Shown here: piece after piece, positions 9,808 to 20,410 of the stretch
How the letters are laid out: every line of letters starts with the position of its first letter
Numbering within the stretch: position 1 is the stretch's first letter
NCBI GenBank assembly: GCA_963749705.1
Contig: CAVVNQ010000003.1
Location: 320,001 to 384,000 of the forward strand
Direction of reading: 5' to 3'
Origin: an uncultured Chloroflexia bacterium
Lineage (GTDB): Bacteria; Chloroflexota; Limnocylindria; Limnocylindrales; CSP1-4
Length of the DNA: 64,000 nt
Translations under genes and position numbers: made by a program
Notes under the pieces: model-generated
What the model was told of the DNA's origin: nothing
Seen by the model: the letters and a program-made list of their open reading frames with translations, nothing else
Databases searched by the model: none

Positions 9808-11183
9808 GCATCACCCATGTCGGCAAGCATGCCCTGTGCGAGCAGCATCAGCGTCGCGCGATCGTTGAGCGCTGGGTCCGCGATCACGTGCTCGACGAGC
9901 GCCTCGAGGATCCCGCCCAGCCTCGGGCCGGGTTGGAGGCCCAGCTCCCGCATCAGTTCGCTGCCGTCGACGGCGAGGGCGTGCCGATCGAGCACGACCC
10001 GGGCGGTGATCTCCGCGTCGATGCGCGCCCGGAACGCGGCAAGGCCGGGGTCGTCCGGGGGCACGCCGCTGCCGATGTCGTCCGCGTGGCGGAGGGCGAA
10101 CAGGGCATCGATGTTGTCGCGGCCGATGCGCTTGATGAACCGGCGGACCGCGTAGTCCGACGCCTCCGGGTCGACCGTGAACATGTGCTGCCGGACGAGG
10201 TGCACCACCTCGTCCATGGCCGCACGCGGCACCCGGAGCTTCCGGAGCAGGCCCTCCGCGAGCCGTGCGCCGACCGCGTCGTGGTGGTGGAAATGTCCGT
10301 CGGCGAGCGTGGCCGGCTTGCCGATGTCGTGGAGCAGTGCCGCGAGCCGGACGATCGGCCGGTCCGCGGGTGCGGCGTCGACGGCCCGCAGCGTGTGGTC
10401 CCAGAGATCCTCGCCGGGGATCTTGTTCTGGGGGATGCCGGGCTGCCTCGCGAGGTCGGGCGAGATGACCGTCAGCAGCCCCGTCTCGAGCAGGAGGCGA
10501 AGGCCGATCGACGGGACGGGGGCGACCAGCATCCGGCCCAGCTCGGCGCCCACGCGCTCGCCTGACAGGTGGGCGACGAGGCCGGCATTGGCCCGGATCG
10601 CCGTCAGCGTCGCGGGCTCCACCTCGAAGCCGAGCGACGCCGCGAGACGGACGGCCCGGACCATTCGCAGCGCATCCTCACGGAACCGTGCGTCGGGATC
10701 GCCGACGGCCCGGAGCATCCGGGCGGCCAGGTCCGATCGCCCTCCGAACGGGTCGACCAGTCGGTTCGGCCCCTCGTCCGCCGGGCCGCGGCCCCAGGCG
10801 AGCGCATTGACGGTGAAGTCGCGCCTGGCGAGGTCCACCTCGATGTCGTCCCCGAACTCCACCCGGTGCGGCCGCCGGAAGTCGGCGTAGTCGTGCTCGG
10901 TACGGAACGTCGTGATCTCGTACACGGCGTCGTCCCGGCGCACCGCGACGGTGCCGAACCGGTTCTCGTACACCGAGCCCGGGAACAGGGCGACGATCCG
11001 ATCCGGACGGGCATCCGTGGCCATGTCCCAGTCGGCGGGCTCGCGCCCCAGCAGCACGTCCCGCAGCGACCCTCCGACGACGTAGGCTGCGTACCCGGCC
11101 GCGTGCAGGTCCTCGATGATCCCGATGACCGCGGGCGGCATGACGCTCGCGAGCCGCTCGCCCGCGTCGTCCGGGGCGGTCAC
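9804..11183 (-). CDS. cca: CCA-adding tRNA nucleotidyltransferase / poly(A) polymerase family with HD domain
   Basis: VGGSLRDVLLG, DWD, DLARRDFTVNA, FREDALRMVRAVR and LLHDIGK motifs. Confidence 0.88.
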   Translation of the reverse strand: MTAPDDAGERLASVMPPAVIGIIEDLHAAGYAAYVVGGSLRDVLLGREPADWDMATDARPDRIVALFPGSVYENRFGTVAVRRDDAVYEITTFRTEHDYADFRRPHRVEFGDDIEVDLARRDFTVNALAWGRGPADEGPNRLVDPFGGRSDLAARMLRAVGDPDARFREDALRMVRAVRLAASLGFEVEPATLTAIRANAGLVAHLSGERVGAELGRMLVAPVPSIGLRLLLETGLLTVISPDLARQPGIPQNKIPGEDLWDHTLRAVDAAPADRPIVRLAALLHDIGKPATLADGHFHHHDAVGARLAEGLLRKLRVPRAAMDEVVHLVRQHMFTVDPEASDYAVRRFIKRIGRDNIDALFALRHADDIGSGVPPDDPGLAAFRARIDAEITARVVLDRHALAVDGSELMRELGLQPGPRLGGILEALVEHVIADPALNDRATLMLLAQGMLADMGDA

Positions 11184-11190
11184 CGGACCC

Positions 11191-11706
11191 TCAGCTTCGG
11201 CCGAGGAAGAGGTACGTCCGCCAGGCCTCGTTCCGATCGTCGTCGAGATACGGCGTGAACAGCGAGTAGAGGTCGCTGCGCGGCTCGAACGGCAGGCGCA
11301 CGAGCTTGAGCCTGGCCTCCTCAGGGGTTCGACCGCCCTTCCGGTGGTTGCAGGCCTTGCATGCCGCAACGAGGTTGTCCCACGAGTGAGCCCCGCCGCG
11401 ATGCCGGGGCATCACGTGATCCAGGGTCAGGTCGTGTGCCTGGCGACCGCAGTACTGGCAGGTGTGCCGGTCGCGCGAGAAGATCTCGCGCCGGGTCAGC
11501 TTGACCCTCGGTCTGGGCCGCCGGATGTGGTGCTGGAGCCGGATGACCGAGGGCGCCTTGTAGACCTCGCGCACCGTCCGGATCTCGGCATGGTTGTACT
11601 CGATGACCTCGGCCTTGAAGCCGAAGAGCAGCCGGAACGCCCGCGGGATGTTGCAGACGTTCAGCGGCTCGTAGTTCTGGTTCAGCACGAGCACGACGCC
11701 GTCCAT
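11191..11706 (-). CDS. HNH endonuclease (McrA/HNH_5 family)
   Basis: VLVLNQNYEPL, RDRHTCQYCG, LDHVMPR and CKACNHRKG motifs. Confidence 0.92.
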   Translation of the reverse strand: MDGVVLVLNQNYEPLNVCNIPRAFRLLFGFKAEVIEYNHAEIRTVREVYKAPSVIRLQHHIRRPRPRVKLTRREIFSRDRHTCQYCGRQAHDLTLDHVMPRHRGGAHSWDNLVAACKACNHRKGGRTPEEARLKLVRLPFEPRSDLYSLFTPYLDDDRNEAWRTYLFLGRS

Positions 11707-11779
11707 CGGCCGAACGATAGCAGGACGGTCGGGAGGGGCAGCGGGGCTCGAAACCGAGGTCTTGGCGGCTGCCTCCTCG

Positions 11780-11983
11780 TCAACCCCGGGGCGGGTTCAT
11801 GGCGCGCTCGACGCGCGCGATCTCGACCTCGATCCGACCCACGTCGGCGCTCGCGGCCGCCCATTCGGGACCGCCCAGCGGAGCGCGGTTCCGGCGTGCC
11901 CGAGCCTCGGCGTGCTGCTCGAGGAGCTGTTCGCGTGTCATCGCCGGGGCGGGGTCGCCGGCCTTGGCGTTGTTGGCCATCAT
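11780..11983 (-). CDS. Small hypothetical helical protein (~67 aa)
   Basis: GGAGGA RBS before ATGATG; product MANNAKAGDPAPAMTREQLLEQHAEARARRNRAPLGGPEWAAASADVGRIEVEIARVERAMNPPRG. Confidence 0.65.
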   Translation of the reverse strand: MMANNAKAGDPAPAMTREQLLEQHAEARARRNRAPLGGPEWAAASADVGRIEVEIARVERAMNPPRG

Positions 11984-12057
11984 TCCTCCGGATTGCTGGC
12001 GGAAGCGTAGCGCGATGCGCGCCGGCGTGGCGCCACGGCCAGCGTCCGCTGCCGCGG

Positions 12058-13323
12058 TCAGCCGGGTGTGGCGACCCGGACCGCCATTCCCGGCGCGACC
12101 GGTCCCTCGCGGAGCACGCGGGCGTACCACCGGGAATCCTCCGGGTGCGCCGTGGGGCTGATCCGACCGATCCGCCGGTCGACGAACCAGTGCGCGATCG
12201 TCTGGCACGGTGCCGCGTGCCCGTGCAGCTCGAGCATCGCCCCGTGCTCGTCGTCGCCGATGACCAACCGATCGCCGCCGTGCAGCAGCGACCAGTCGAT
12301 CCCCAGCAGGGTCAGGTTCTCGCCGTACGCGCCGGGGAAGGCGGCGTGGCCGTCGGCGCGCACGCGCTCGATCGCCTCCTGCGAGTACAGCGACACGGCC
12401 TGATCGGGGCCGCCGTGAACGGGTTCCGGTTCGTTGTGCCCGTCGCCCTCGAGGCCCAGCCGGACAATTCGCGCACCGTCCACCGGTGGCTTGGGCACCC
12501 CGCCGGCATTCACGTTGACCGAGGCGACGATCCCCGTCGTCGACGGTGCGGGGGATCGCCGATCGGCCCACATGATCTCGGTCGTGTACGGCAGGTCGAT
12601 CGACGCATGGCCGGCGGTGGCCGGATCCCGGGCCAGCAGCGCGGCCACCTCGGCCAGGATCGCGGCACGCGCCGCGGGCTCCGCGGCTGCGATGTAGCTG
12701 ACCGAGGCGACCCGGTCCACCACCGCCTGGGGCGTGAGCGCGTGCACGTGCCGGAACATCGCCACGTCGAACGGCGCGAACAGCGCGCACCGGGCCAGCG
12801 CATCACGCCAGGTTCGATGCCACGCCTGCGGCTCGTCCCGGATCAGCCGGTGGGTCAGCTCGCCCAGCTCCTTGACCCAGGGCACCGTCTCGTCGCGGAA
12901 GTTCCAGGCCAGCAGCAGCCGCCCGCCGGGCCGCAGGACCCGGTGGATCTCGGACAGCGCCCGGATCGCGTCGAACCAGTGGAACGCCTGGGCCGCGACG
13001 ACGGCATCGACCGACGACGCCTCCAGCGGGATCGACTCGGCTGTCCCGCCGATGAGCTCCACGCCCGGGGCGACCGCCGCCAGCTTCGCGCGCATCGCCT
13101 CGACCGGCTCGAGCGCCAGCACGCGCGCGCCGCTCGGAACCAGCAGCCGGGTCAGCTTGCCGGTCCCGGCGCCGAGCTCGAGCACGCTGCGGCCGGGCCG
13201 AAGGTCGAGCCGGTCGGCGATCGTCGCGACCGCATCCGCAGGGTATGGGGGTCGCGCGCGCTCGTACGCATCCGCGGCCGCGTCGAACCCCCGCGCGGCG
13301 ATGTCATGCACGGTCTCGGTCAT
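12058..13323 (-). CDS. Class I SAM methyltransferase fused to a MOSC domain
   Basis: YERARPPYP, VLELGAGTGKLT and AQAFHWF, then GGVPK...GLEGD...HGGPDQAV...GAYGENLT...PCQTI...WYARVLREG (YiiM-like MOSC). Confidence 0.85.
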   Translation of the reverse strand: MTETVHDIAARGFDAAADAYERARPPYPADAVATIADRLDLRPGRSVLELGAGTGKLTRLLVPSGARVLALEPVEAMRAKLAAVAPGVELIGGTAESIPLEASSVDAVVAAQAFHWFDAIRALSEIHRVLRPGGRLLLAWNFRDETVPWVKELGELTHRLIRDEPQAWHRTWRDALARCALFAPFDVAMFRHVHALTPQAVVDRVASVSYIAAAEPAARAAILAEVAALLARDPATAGHASIDLPYTTEIMWADRRSPAPSTTGIVASVNVNAGGVPKPPVDGARIVRLGLEGDGHNEPEPVHGGPDQAVSLYSQEAIERVRADGHAAFPGAYGENLTLLGIDWSLLHGGDRLVIGDDEHGAMLELHGHAAPCQTIAHWFVDRRIGRISPTAHPEDSRWYARVLREGPVAPGMAVRVATPG

Positions 13324-13332
13324 CGCCGGATG

Positions 13333-14397
13333 CTAGTCCAGCGCCGCGTAGACCGCCTGGGCGACCCGCTCGATCGGCGAGGGATCGAAGCCCCACACGC
13401 CGGTCAGGTAGACGAACACGAGGTCGTGCTCGGGGTCGATCCACAGGCGGGTGCCCGACCCTCCGCCGTGGCCGAACGCGCGGCGGGAGCCCGGATCATC
13501 CGCGCCCGGCTTGCCCCACGCGAGCGCGTAGTGACGAGATCGTAGGCGGTCAGCGGCGGCTCCGAGCCCGTCCCCCGTCACCTCGCGGGTCATCAGCTGG
13601 AGCTGGGCGCGGGGCAGGATCCGCACCCCATCAAGCTCGCCGCCGCGCAGCATCGCCCGACCGAACCGGAGAAGGTCCGACGCCGAGCTCCACAACCCCC
13701 CGCCGGCCAGCTGCAGGGCGATGAACCGGTCCATCTTCGGATCGGTTGCCGGGTCCAGCACAGGGAGCTCCGGGTCCCACGGCCCGATCCGGATCGGCGC
13801 CATCCGCGCGGCCAGCACGGGACGCGGATCGAACATCGTGGACGTCATGCCGAGCGGGTCGAGCAATCGCCGGTGCAGCGCAACCTCGAACGGGACGCCG
13901 TCCAATCGGGCGACGGCTTCCGCGAGCAGGTTGAACGTGGTGGTGGTGTAGCTGAACGCTGTGCCCGGTGGGGCGGCACGATCGGCCGCGATCGCCTCGC
14001 GGAGCACGTCCTCGACGTCATCGCCGCGTCCGATCATCTGCTCGATGTCGATATCGACCATCCCGCTCGTGTGGCTCATCAGGTGCCACGCCGTCACCGG
14101 TTCGGCATCCGGGATCGCGAGCTCGGGGATCACCGCCTCCAGCGGCGCGCCGAGCGTCAGGCGGCCCTCGGCGACCAGCTGCATGATCGTGGTGGCGACC
14201 ATCGGCTTGGTGATCGAGGCGATGAGGCACACGGCGTCGCTCCCGATCCGGGGCATGCCGGACCGCGACGCCGCCTCGAGCCGAACGACGCCCGTGCCGG
14301 TCGCGACGCCCAGGATCACGAACGGAGCAATGCCGTCGGCAACCTGGTCGCGGGCGAGCACGAAGGCCCGGTCGAGGGCACGGGGATCGAGGTCCAT
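13333..14397 (-). CDS. Serine hydrolase, beta-lactamase/AmpC family
   Basis: SxxK (ASITK), LMSHTSG, FSY and FGHGG...LWIDP motifs. Confidence 0.85.
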   Translation of the reverse strand: MDLDPRALDRAFVLARDQVADGIAPFVILGVATGTGVVRLEAASRSGMPRIGSDAVCLIASITKPMVATTIMQLVAEGRLTLGAPLEAVIPELAIPDAEPVTAWHLMSHTSGMVDIDIEQMIGRGDDVEDVLREAIAADRAAPPGTAFSYTTTTFNLLAEAVARLDGVPFEVALHRRLLDPLGMTSTMFDPRPVLAARMAPIRIGPWDPELPVLDPATDPKMDRFIALQLAGGGLWSSASDLLRFGRAMLRGGELDGVRILPRAQLQLMTREVTGDGLGAAADRLRSRHYALAWGKPGADDPGSRRAFGHGGGSGTRLWIDPEHDLVFVYLTGVWGFDPSPIERVAQAVYAALD

Positions 14398-14520
14398 GGC
14401 ACCCAACCATAGCGGCGTCGAGATCGGCAGGGAAGCCGGCTCGCCGCTCGGTGGCAGGCTCGACCAGGAAAATCGGCTAGCCTGCAGGTGCAGGTTTCCG
14501 AAGCGGAGTAGCATGCCGAC

Positions 14521-15264
14521 GTGACCGACGCCGCTCCCGATCTCGTTGCCGACCGCCTCCCGGCCTCGCCCATGGCCGAGGAGATCCGGCTTCGCCTCGC
14601 GGACGCGTGGGGCGAGATGGGGGCGGCCTGGGGTGTCGCGCCCGCGATCGCGCGGGTCCACGCCTATCTGATGGCGCGCGGCGGGCCGCTGACGGAGCGC
14701 GAGGTGCGCGAGGCGCTCAACCTGAGCCATCGCGCCGCGAGCCTGGCGCTCGCCGAGGCCGAGGCGTGGGGTCTGGTCGAGCGCGTCCCGGAGCTGCGCC
14801 GCGTCGGCAGACGCGGCCCGGCGGGCACTGCCTACATGGCCGTCGGCGACCATTGGCGCTGGTTCGGCCGCGTCGTCGCCGAGCGCAAGGTGCGCGAGGG
14901 CGACCCGATCATCGTGGTCCTCGAGGCCACGCTCGCAGACGCGGGCGTCGCCCTGATGCAGCACCCGGGCGATCGGGACCTCATCCGCCTCCGCGACTGG
15001 CTGTCGACGTTCCTCGTGTTCGTCAGGCTGTTCGACCGCGCAGTCGGCCTCGTGTCGCGCCTCGAGCCCACCGAGCTCGAGCGCGCGCTGCGGCTGCTGG
15101 GCGAGGTGCCCGACGACACGGTGATGCGCCTGGTCAAGCTGCTGGACGGGCTCCCGGACGACGACGTGCTGGGGCTGGTCGAGGCGCTCAGTCGCCTGTC
15201 GCCCACGTCCGCGCGCCGCGCGACCACGCTCATGTCGGGCGTCGTCCGCACCCTCGTTCGCTAG
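14521..15264 (+). CDS. GbsR/MarR-like winged-helix regulator
   Basis: WGEMGAAWGVAPAIARVHAYL...LTEREVREALNLSHRAASLAL...WGLV. Confidence 0.75.
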   Translation: MTDAAPDLVADRLPASPMAEEIRLRLADAWGEMGAAWGVAPAIARVHAYLMARGGPLTEREVREALNLSHRAASLALAEAEAWGLVERVPELRRVGRRGPAGTAYMAVGDHWRWFGRVVAERKVREGDPIIVVLEATLADAGVALMQHPGDRDLIRLRDWLSTFLVFVRLFDRAVGLVSRLEPTELERALRLLGEVPDDTVMRLVKLLDGLPDDDVLGLVEALSRLSPTSARRATTLMSGVVRTLVR

Positions 15265-15387
15265 GGCATTCCCGGTCCTCATGCGATAATCCGGCGGTGA
15301 CGTCGGGCCGAACCTCCTCGAACGGGCGACGACCCCGGGGCAAGCTGGCGGGCCGACCACTCAAGCGTCCTCTCGGAGCCTGACCTC

Positions 15388-16272
15388 ATGACCGAAACCT
15401 CCACCTGGGCCACACGGAAGGGCCTCGCCCAGATGCTCAAGGGCGGCGTCATCATGGACGTCGTCACCCCGGAGCAGGCCAAGATCGCCGAGGATGCCGG
15501 CGCCGTCGCGGTGATGGCGCTGGAGCGCGTCCCGGCTGACATCCGCGCCGCCGGCGGCGTCGCCCGGATGTCGGATCCCGAGATGATCACCGGGATCATG
15601 GACGCGGTCACGATCCCGGTCATGGCCAAGGCCCGGATCGGCCACTTCGTCGAGGCGCAGGTGCTGGAGGCGCTCGGCGTCGACTACATCGACGAGTCCG
15701 AGGTCCTGACGCCGGCCGACGAGACCAACCACATCGACAAGCACGCGTTCAAGGTGCCGTTCGTGTGTGGCTGCCGGAACCTCGGCGAGGCGCTGCGCCG
15801 GATCAACGAGGGCGCGGCGATGATGCGCACCAAGGGCGAGGCCGGAACCGGCAACATCGTCGAGGCGGTTCGGCAGCTGCGCGACGTGCTGGCCGGGATC
15901 CGCCGGCTCCAGGGCATGCGCGAGGACGAGCTGTTCGTCGCCGCCAAGGAGCTCCAGGCGCCATACGAGCTGGTCCGGGAGGTCGCCGCGGCGGGCAAGC
16001 TGCCGGTCGTCAACTTCGTCGCCGGCGGCATCAGCACGCCGTCGGACGCCGCCCTGGTCATGCAGCTCGGCGCGGAGGGCGTGTTCGTGGGCTCCGGGAT
16101 CTTCAAGAGCGAAGATCCGGCGCGGATGGCCAACGCGATCGTCCAGGCGACAACCCATTACCAGGACGCCAAGATCATCGCCGAGGTCTCCAAGGGCCTC
16201 GGAGCGCCGATGCGCGGGCTCGCCATGGAAGCCATTCCGGAGCAGGAGCGGCTCGCGGTCCGCGGTTGGTAG
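15388..16272 (+). CDS. pdxS: PLP synthase lyase subunit
   Basis: [23 protein letters not shown] and [10 protein letters not shown] motifs. Confidence 0.98.
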   Translation: MTETSTWATRKGLAQMLKGGVIMDVVTPEQAKIAEDAGAVAVMALERVPADIRAAGGVARMSDPEMITGIMDAVTIPVMAKARIGHFVEAQVLEALGVDYIDESEVLTPADETNHIDKHAFKVPFVCGCRNLGEALRRINEGAAMMRTKGEAGTGNIVEAVRQLRDVLAGIRRLQGMREDELFVAAKELQAPYELVREVAAAGKLPVVNFVAGGISTPSDAALVMQLGAEGVFVGSGIFKSEDPARMANAIVQATTHYQDAKIIAEVSKGLGAPMRGLAMEAIPEQERLAVRGW

Positions 16273-16363
16273 TCCTCGCGTCGAGGATGTGCTTGAGCGC
16301 CGCCGCCGTGGCGCCTGGTCCGCGCGCGTCGACATCCCTGACGCGCGCCTGCCCGGTGACGCC

Positions 16364-17002
16364 ATGAGGATCGGGGTCCTCGCCCTGCAGGGGGCGTTCG
16401 CCGAGCATGTCGCCGTGCTGCGCGCGATCGGCGTCGAGCCGGTCGAGGTGCGCCTGCCCGCGCACGTGCGCGAGATCGACGGCCTGATCATCCCGGGCGG
16501 GGAGAGCACGACCATGCGCCACCTGATCGACCGCTGGGGACTCCGCCAGCCGATCCTCGACCTGGCGGCAAGCGGCGCGCCGCTGTTCGGCACCTGTGCC
16601 GGGATGATCGTGCTCGCGCGCGACATCGACGGCGGCGAGCCGGCCGTGCTGCCGCTGCTGGACGTGAGCGTCCGCCGCAACGCCTTCGGCCGCCAGCTCG
16701 ACTCCTTCGAGGCAGAGCTCGACGTGCCGCTGCTCGGCTCGCACCGGGTCCACGGGGTGTTCATCCGGGCGCCCGTCATCGAGCGCGTCGGGCCCGGCGT
16801 GGACGTCATGGGCCGGCTCGACGACGGCCGGATCGTCGCCGTCCGCGAGCACAACGTGATCGCGACGGCGTTCCATCCCGAGCTGGCCGGCGAGACGCGC
16901 TTCCACCGGCTCCTGTCGACGATGGCCGCCGAGCACGCCGAACCGGGCGAGGGTGCGGGCCGCCGGCCCCACCCCACCCGTCGCTCCACGCAGGCCGGGT
17001 GA
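16364..17002 (+). CDS. pdxT: PLP synthase glutaminase subunit
   Basis: GVLALQGAFAEH, PGGESTT, GTCAG, RNAFGRQ and FHPE motifs. Confidence 0.97.
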   Translation: MRIGVLALQGAFAEHVAVLRAIGVEPVEVRLPAHVREIDGLIIPGGESTTMRHLIDRWGLRQPILDLAASGAPLFGTCAGMIVLARDIDGGEPAVLPLLDVSVRRNAFGRQLDSFEAELDVPLLGSHRVHGVFIRAPVIERVGPGVDVMGRLDDGRIVAVREHNVIATAFHPELAGETRFHRLLSTMAAEHAEPGEGAGRRPHPTRRSTQAG

Positions 17003-17009
17003 CGGCGAC

Positions 17010-18056
17010 ATGGCACGCAGCTCCGGCAAGGTACGCGCCGCGCGGCTGACGGATCTCGCCGCGCTCGGCGAGCTGTCGAGGCTTGCCCAGGCGGATGGCG
17101 ACGGAACGCGCTCGCTGGGCCTGCCCGTGTCCGGGCCCCCGATCGGCATGTTCAGCCTGTTCCGGCTGCCGCTGGGGGCGTTTCGCCCGCACGACGTGCT
17201 GTACGTGTTCGACCGCGACGGCCACATCGCCGGGCTCCTGCGCGTGGAGCGGGAGAGCCACCGCGACGAGTGGACGGTCGTCGAGCTCGACGCGGTCGGC
17301 GGGCTGGACGCGGGCGATGTCCGGTTCCGCCTCGTGCAGCACCTGCTGCGCGACGGCGCGAAGCGGGGTGCGGTCCGGTTCCATGTCGCGTGCGCGGAGG
17401 CCGATGACAACGTGGAGCTGTTCATGCAGGCCGGGTTCGTGCGCTACGGCGACGAGCGCGTCCTGTACCGGGAGCCGGAGCAGCCGCTGCCGAGCCCGTG
17501 GAGCGACGACGAGGCGCGCGCCGCCCGCATCCGGCCGGCCGTGCCGCTCGACGCCCTGCCGCTCGCCCGGCTGTACGCGTCGGTGACGCCGGCACCGATC
17601 CAGCGCCTCGAGGCGCTCCGGCTGGCCGACTGGGAACGCCAGGGCCGCGAGTGGCGGGTGCCCCGAAGCTCGCTGGCGCCGATCCTGCGCTTCGCGGACG
17701 TCGACGCGTTCGTCATCGACGCCCCGGGTGGCGGAGCGGACGGGACGCAGGTCGACGGGTTCGTCCAGGTCGGCGTTGCCAAGGAGGACCAGCCGCACTA
17801 CCTCAAGCTGCTGGCGCGACCGGGCGCGGATGTCGTGCCGCTGCTGCGCTTTGCGCTGGGCGTGATCGCGGCCCGGTCCGAGGCCGAGCACCGCGGCAAC
17901 CAGGGCATCCTGGCGCCTGTGCGAACCTACGAGCTGCCACTCGACCGGCGGCTCGAGGAGGAGGGCTTCGACACCATCGCGACGGTCACGCTCCTGATGA
18001 AGGAGACCCTTGTCCGTGTCGCCGAGCCGCGCCTCGTGCCGGCTGGCATCAGCTAG
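17010..18056 (+). CDS. Hypothetical protein, probable tandem GNAT-like fold
   Basis: Two domains each opening with VRAA/IRPA...D...L; LFMQAGFVRY and LEEEGFDTI resemble GNAT ends. Confidence 0.55.
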   Translation: MARSSGKVRAARLTDLAALGELSRLAQADGDGTRSLGLPVSGPPIGMFSLFRLPLGAFRPHDVLYVFDRDGHIAGLLRVERESHRDEWTVVELDAVGGLDAGDVRFRLVQHLLRDGAKRGAVRFHVACAEADDNVELFMQAGFVRYGDERVLYREPEQPLPSPWSDDEARAARIRPAVPLDALPLARLYASVTPAPIQRLEALRLADWERQGREWRVPRSSLAPILRFADVDAFVIDAPGGGADGTQVDGFVQVGVAKEDQPHYLKLLARPGADVVPLLRFALGVIAARSEAEHRGNQGILAPVRTYELPLDRRLEEEGFDTIATVTLLMKETLVRVAEPRLVPAGIS

Positions 18057-18071
18057 GGGCCGAACGGAGGA

Positions 18072-20186
18072 ATGAGCAGCGTGGGATCCCGGGATGGGCA
18101 GCGCGAGACGATGGATGACCTGGACGTGCTCCTCGCGGCACTGCCGCCGGAGATCGTCGCCGCCATCCACGCCCTGCCCGACCCCGAGACGCTGATCGAG
18201 GTCGTGCTCGACCTGGGCCGCCGGCCGGAGGCGCGCTACCCCAACAGCGAGGTCGCGCTGCTCGAGCGCGAGATCGGGGAAGCCGACATCCAGTACGTCG
18301 TCGAGCACATCGGGACGTTCGGCGACGACAACCGCGCCGGCATCGAGCGGACGCTCCACCGGATCAGCGCCATCCGGAACCGCAACGGCAAGGTCGTCGG
18401 GCTCACCTGCCGCATCGGGCGCGCCGTGTACGGCACGATCGAGATCATCTCCGACTTCGTCCAGAGCGGGAAGTCGATCCTGATCATGGGCCGGCCGGGC
18501 ATCGGCAAGACGACCATGCTCCGCGAGGCGGCCCGCGTGCTCGCGGACGAGCAGGGCAAGCGCGTCGTGGTGGTCGACACCTCGAACGAGATCGCGGGCG
18601 ACGGCGACATCCCGCACCCGGCGATCGGCAAGGCGCGCCGGATGCAGGTCCGGACGCCCAGCCTCCAGCACGAGGTCATGATCGAGGCCGTCGAGAACCA
18701 CATGCCCCAGGTCATCGTCATCGACGAGATCGGGACGGAGCTCGAGGCGCAGGCGGCGCGCACGATCGCCGAGCGCGGCGTCCAGCTGATCGGCACCGCC
18801 CATGGCAACAACCTCGACAACCTGATGCTCAACCCCACGCTGTCGGACCTGATCGGCGGCATCCAGAGCGTGACCCTGGGTGACGAGGAGGCGCGCCGGC
18901 GTCGGACCCAGAAGAGCGTGCTCGAACGCAAGGCGCCGCCGACGTTCGACGTCATCGTCGAGATCCAGGACCGGGAGCGGGTGATGGTCCACGCGGATGT
19001 CGCGGCGACCGTCGATTCGATGCTCCTCGGCGACCTCGTGACACCCGAGCTCCGCTGGCGGGACGAGGAAGGCGTGCATCGCTCGCAGGCGCGACCCAAG
19101 CCGTCCGCCCGCGACTCCGGATCGGGCGATCGGTTCAACGGGCTCACCGGCTCGGGTGCCGGTGCCTGGGGGCGCGAGCCCGGCTGGCGTGGGACGTCGA
19201 CCTACCGCACCGGGGGCTACGCGGGCGAGGACCGGCTGCCCACTCGACCCGGGTTCCGGCCCGGTCAGGCCGGCGGTTGGCGCAGCTCGCGCGGTGGCTC
19301 GGATCGTGGCAGCGACCGTGGCGCGCGCACACCGGAGGGCGATCGACCAGCGTCGCTGAACACCCTGCCGGGCGAGCGGTTCGCGGTGCAGCCCGGGTCG
19401 CCGTTCGTCGCCGGTGACATCGCCGACCGGGGACCGCTGGAGCGCGCCGAGGCCGCGGCGGCCGCCGAGATCCGCGCCCGCGATGCCCGCGAGCTGCAGC
19501 GCCAGAAGGCGTGGCGCGACGAGGCAGCACGCGCGCTCAACGCCCTCCGCGAGGACGAGGGCACCCGTCCAGTCAACGCGGCCGAGCTGGAGGCAGAGGC
19601 GGAGCGCCAGCTCGCGCTGCTCGTCCCCGGCGAGACCGGGCCGGGACCCGACGAGGCCGATGACGACGACGCCGCGTTCGGCGACGGCGCGCTCGAGGTC
19701 GAGGGTGGCACGCTGCCGACCCTGCGCGTGTTCCCGCACGGGATCAGCCGCAAGCGCCTGGAGCAGGCGATCCGAGACCTGCAGCTGCCCGTGATCGTGG
19801 CCCGCGATGTCGACGAGGCCGACGTCGCGATGACCCTGCGCAGCGAGTATCGCCAGAAGCCGCCGGCGATCCGGGAGGCGGAGGATCGGGCGATCCCGGT
19901 CTACGTCCTCAAGTCCAACACGATCGTCCAGATGCAGGCATCGCTGACCTCGATCTTCGCGCTCGAGGTAGACCCGCGCGAGGCCGCCCTGCGCGAGACG
20001 GAGCAGGCGATCGGGATGGTCGTGAAGCAGCAGGAGCCCGTCGAGCTGGCCCCCCAGAACGCGTACATCCGCCGACTGCAGCACCAGATGGCCGAGCGGG
20101 CGAATCTCGTCTCGCGGTCACGCGGGCGCGAGCCGTACCGTCGCGTGCGCCTGTACCCGGACGCGGCCCGCACGACCTGGCGCTAG
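18072..20186 (+). CDS. Ycf45/SpoIIIAA-like AAA+ ATPase with a C-terminal R3H domain
   Basis: [38 protein letters not shown], and C-terminal [10 protein letters not shown]...[12 protein letters not shown]. The start could be 18111. Confidence 0.9.
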   Translation: MSSVGSRDGQRETMDDLDVLLAALPPEIVAAIHALPDPETLIEVVLDLGRRPEARYPNSEVALLEREIGEADIQYVVEHIGTFGDDNRAGIERTLHRISAIRNRNGKVVGLTCRIGRAVYGTIEIISDFVQSGKSILIMGRPGIGKTTMLREAARVLADEQGKRVVVVDTSNEIAGDGDIPHPAIGKARRMQVRTPSLQHEVMIEAVENHMPQVIVIDEIGTELEAQAARTIAERGVQLIGTAHGNNLDNLMLNPTLSDLIGGIQSVTLGDEEARRRRTQKSVLERKAPPTFDVIVEIQDRERVMVHADVAATVDSMLLGDLVTPELRWRDEEGVHRSQARPKPSARDSGSGDRFNGLTGSGAGAWGREPGWRGTSTYRTGGYAGEDRLPTRPGFRPGQAGGWRSSRGGSDRGSDRGARTPEGDRPASLNTLPGERFAVQPGSPFVAGDIADRGPLERAEAAAAAEIRARDARELQRQKAWRDEAARALNALREDEGTRPVNAAELEAEAERQLALLVPGETGPGPDEADDDDAAFGDGALEVEGGTLPTLRVFPHGISRKRLEQAIRDLQLPVIVARDVDEADVAMTLRSEYRQKPPAIREAEDRAIPVYVLKSNTIVQMQASLTSIFALEVDPREAALRETEQAIGMVVKQQEPVELAPQNAYIRRLQHQMAERANLVSRSRGREPYRRVRLYPDAARTTWR

Positions 20187-20410
20187 CGGCGGACCCCACT
20201 CGGCATCTGCTCCGTTAGGAGCGCGCCCGGCTTGCCTGCCAGGGGCCCCACTCACCTGGCGCATCACCTCGGCGGCCCGACACCGGCGTCGACCCGAATT
20301 GTCCCGTTCACGCTCGTGGCCCGCCAGCCTCGCCACGCGCTTGACGTGCCCGGTGAGTCATGGCAGGTCTGGGTGCGGTGACCCGGCCAAGGGCGGCTGT
20401 GTCCGCGGCT

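Noticed and set aside
11191-11706. HNH gene as a homing or mobile element
   Set aside because: It resembles the common standalone HNH_5 family, with no intron, repeats or integrase nearby.
16806-20084. Long antisense or alternate-frame ORFs (e.g. 1092 aa here, 980 aa at 32677-35619, 809 aa at 11116-13545, 849 aa at 20360-22909)
   Set aside because: Shadow ORFs caused by high GC. They overlap well-supported genes, are Arg/Gly/Pro-rich and have no motifs.
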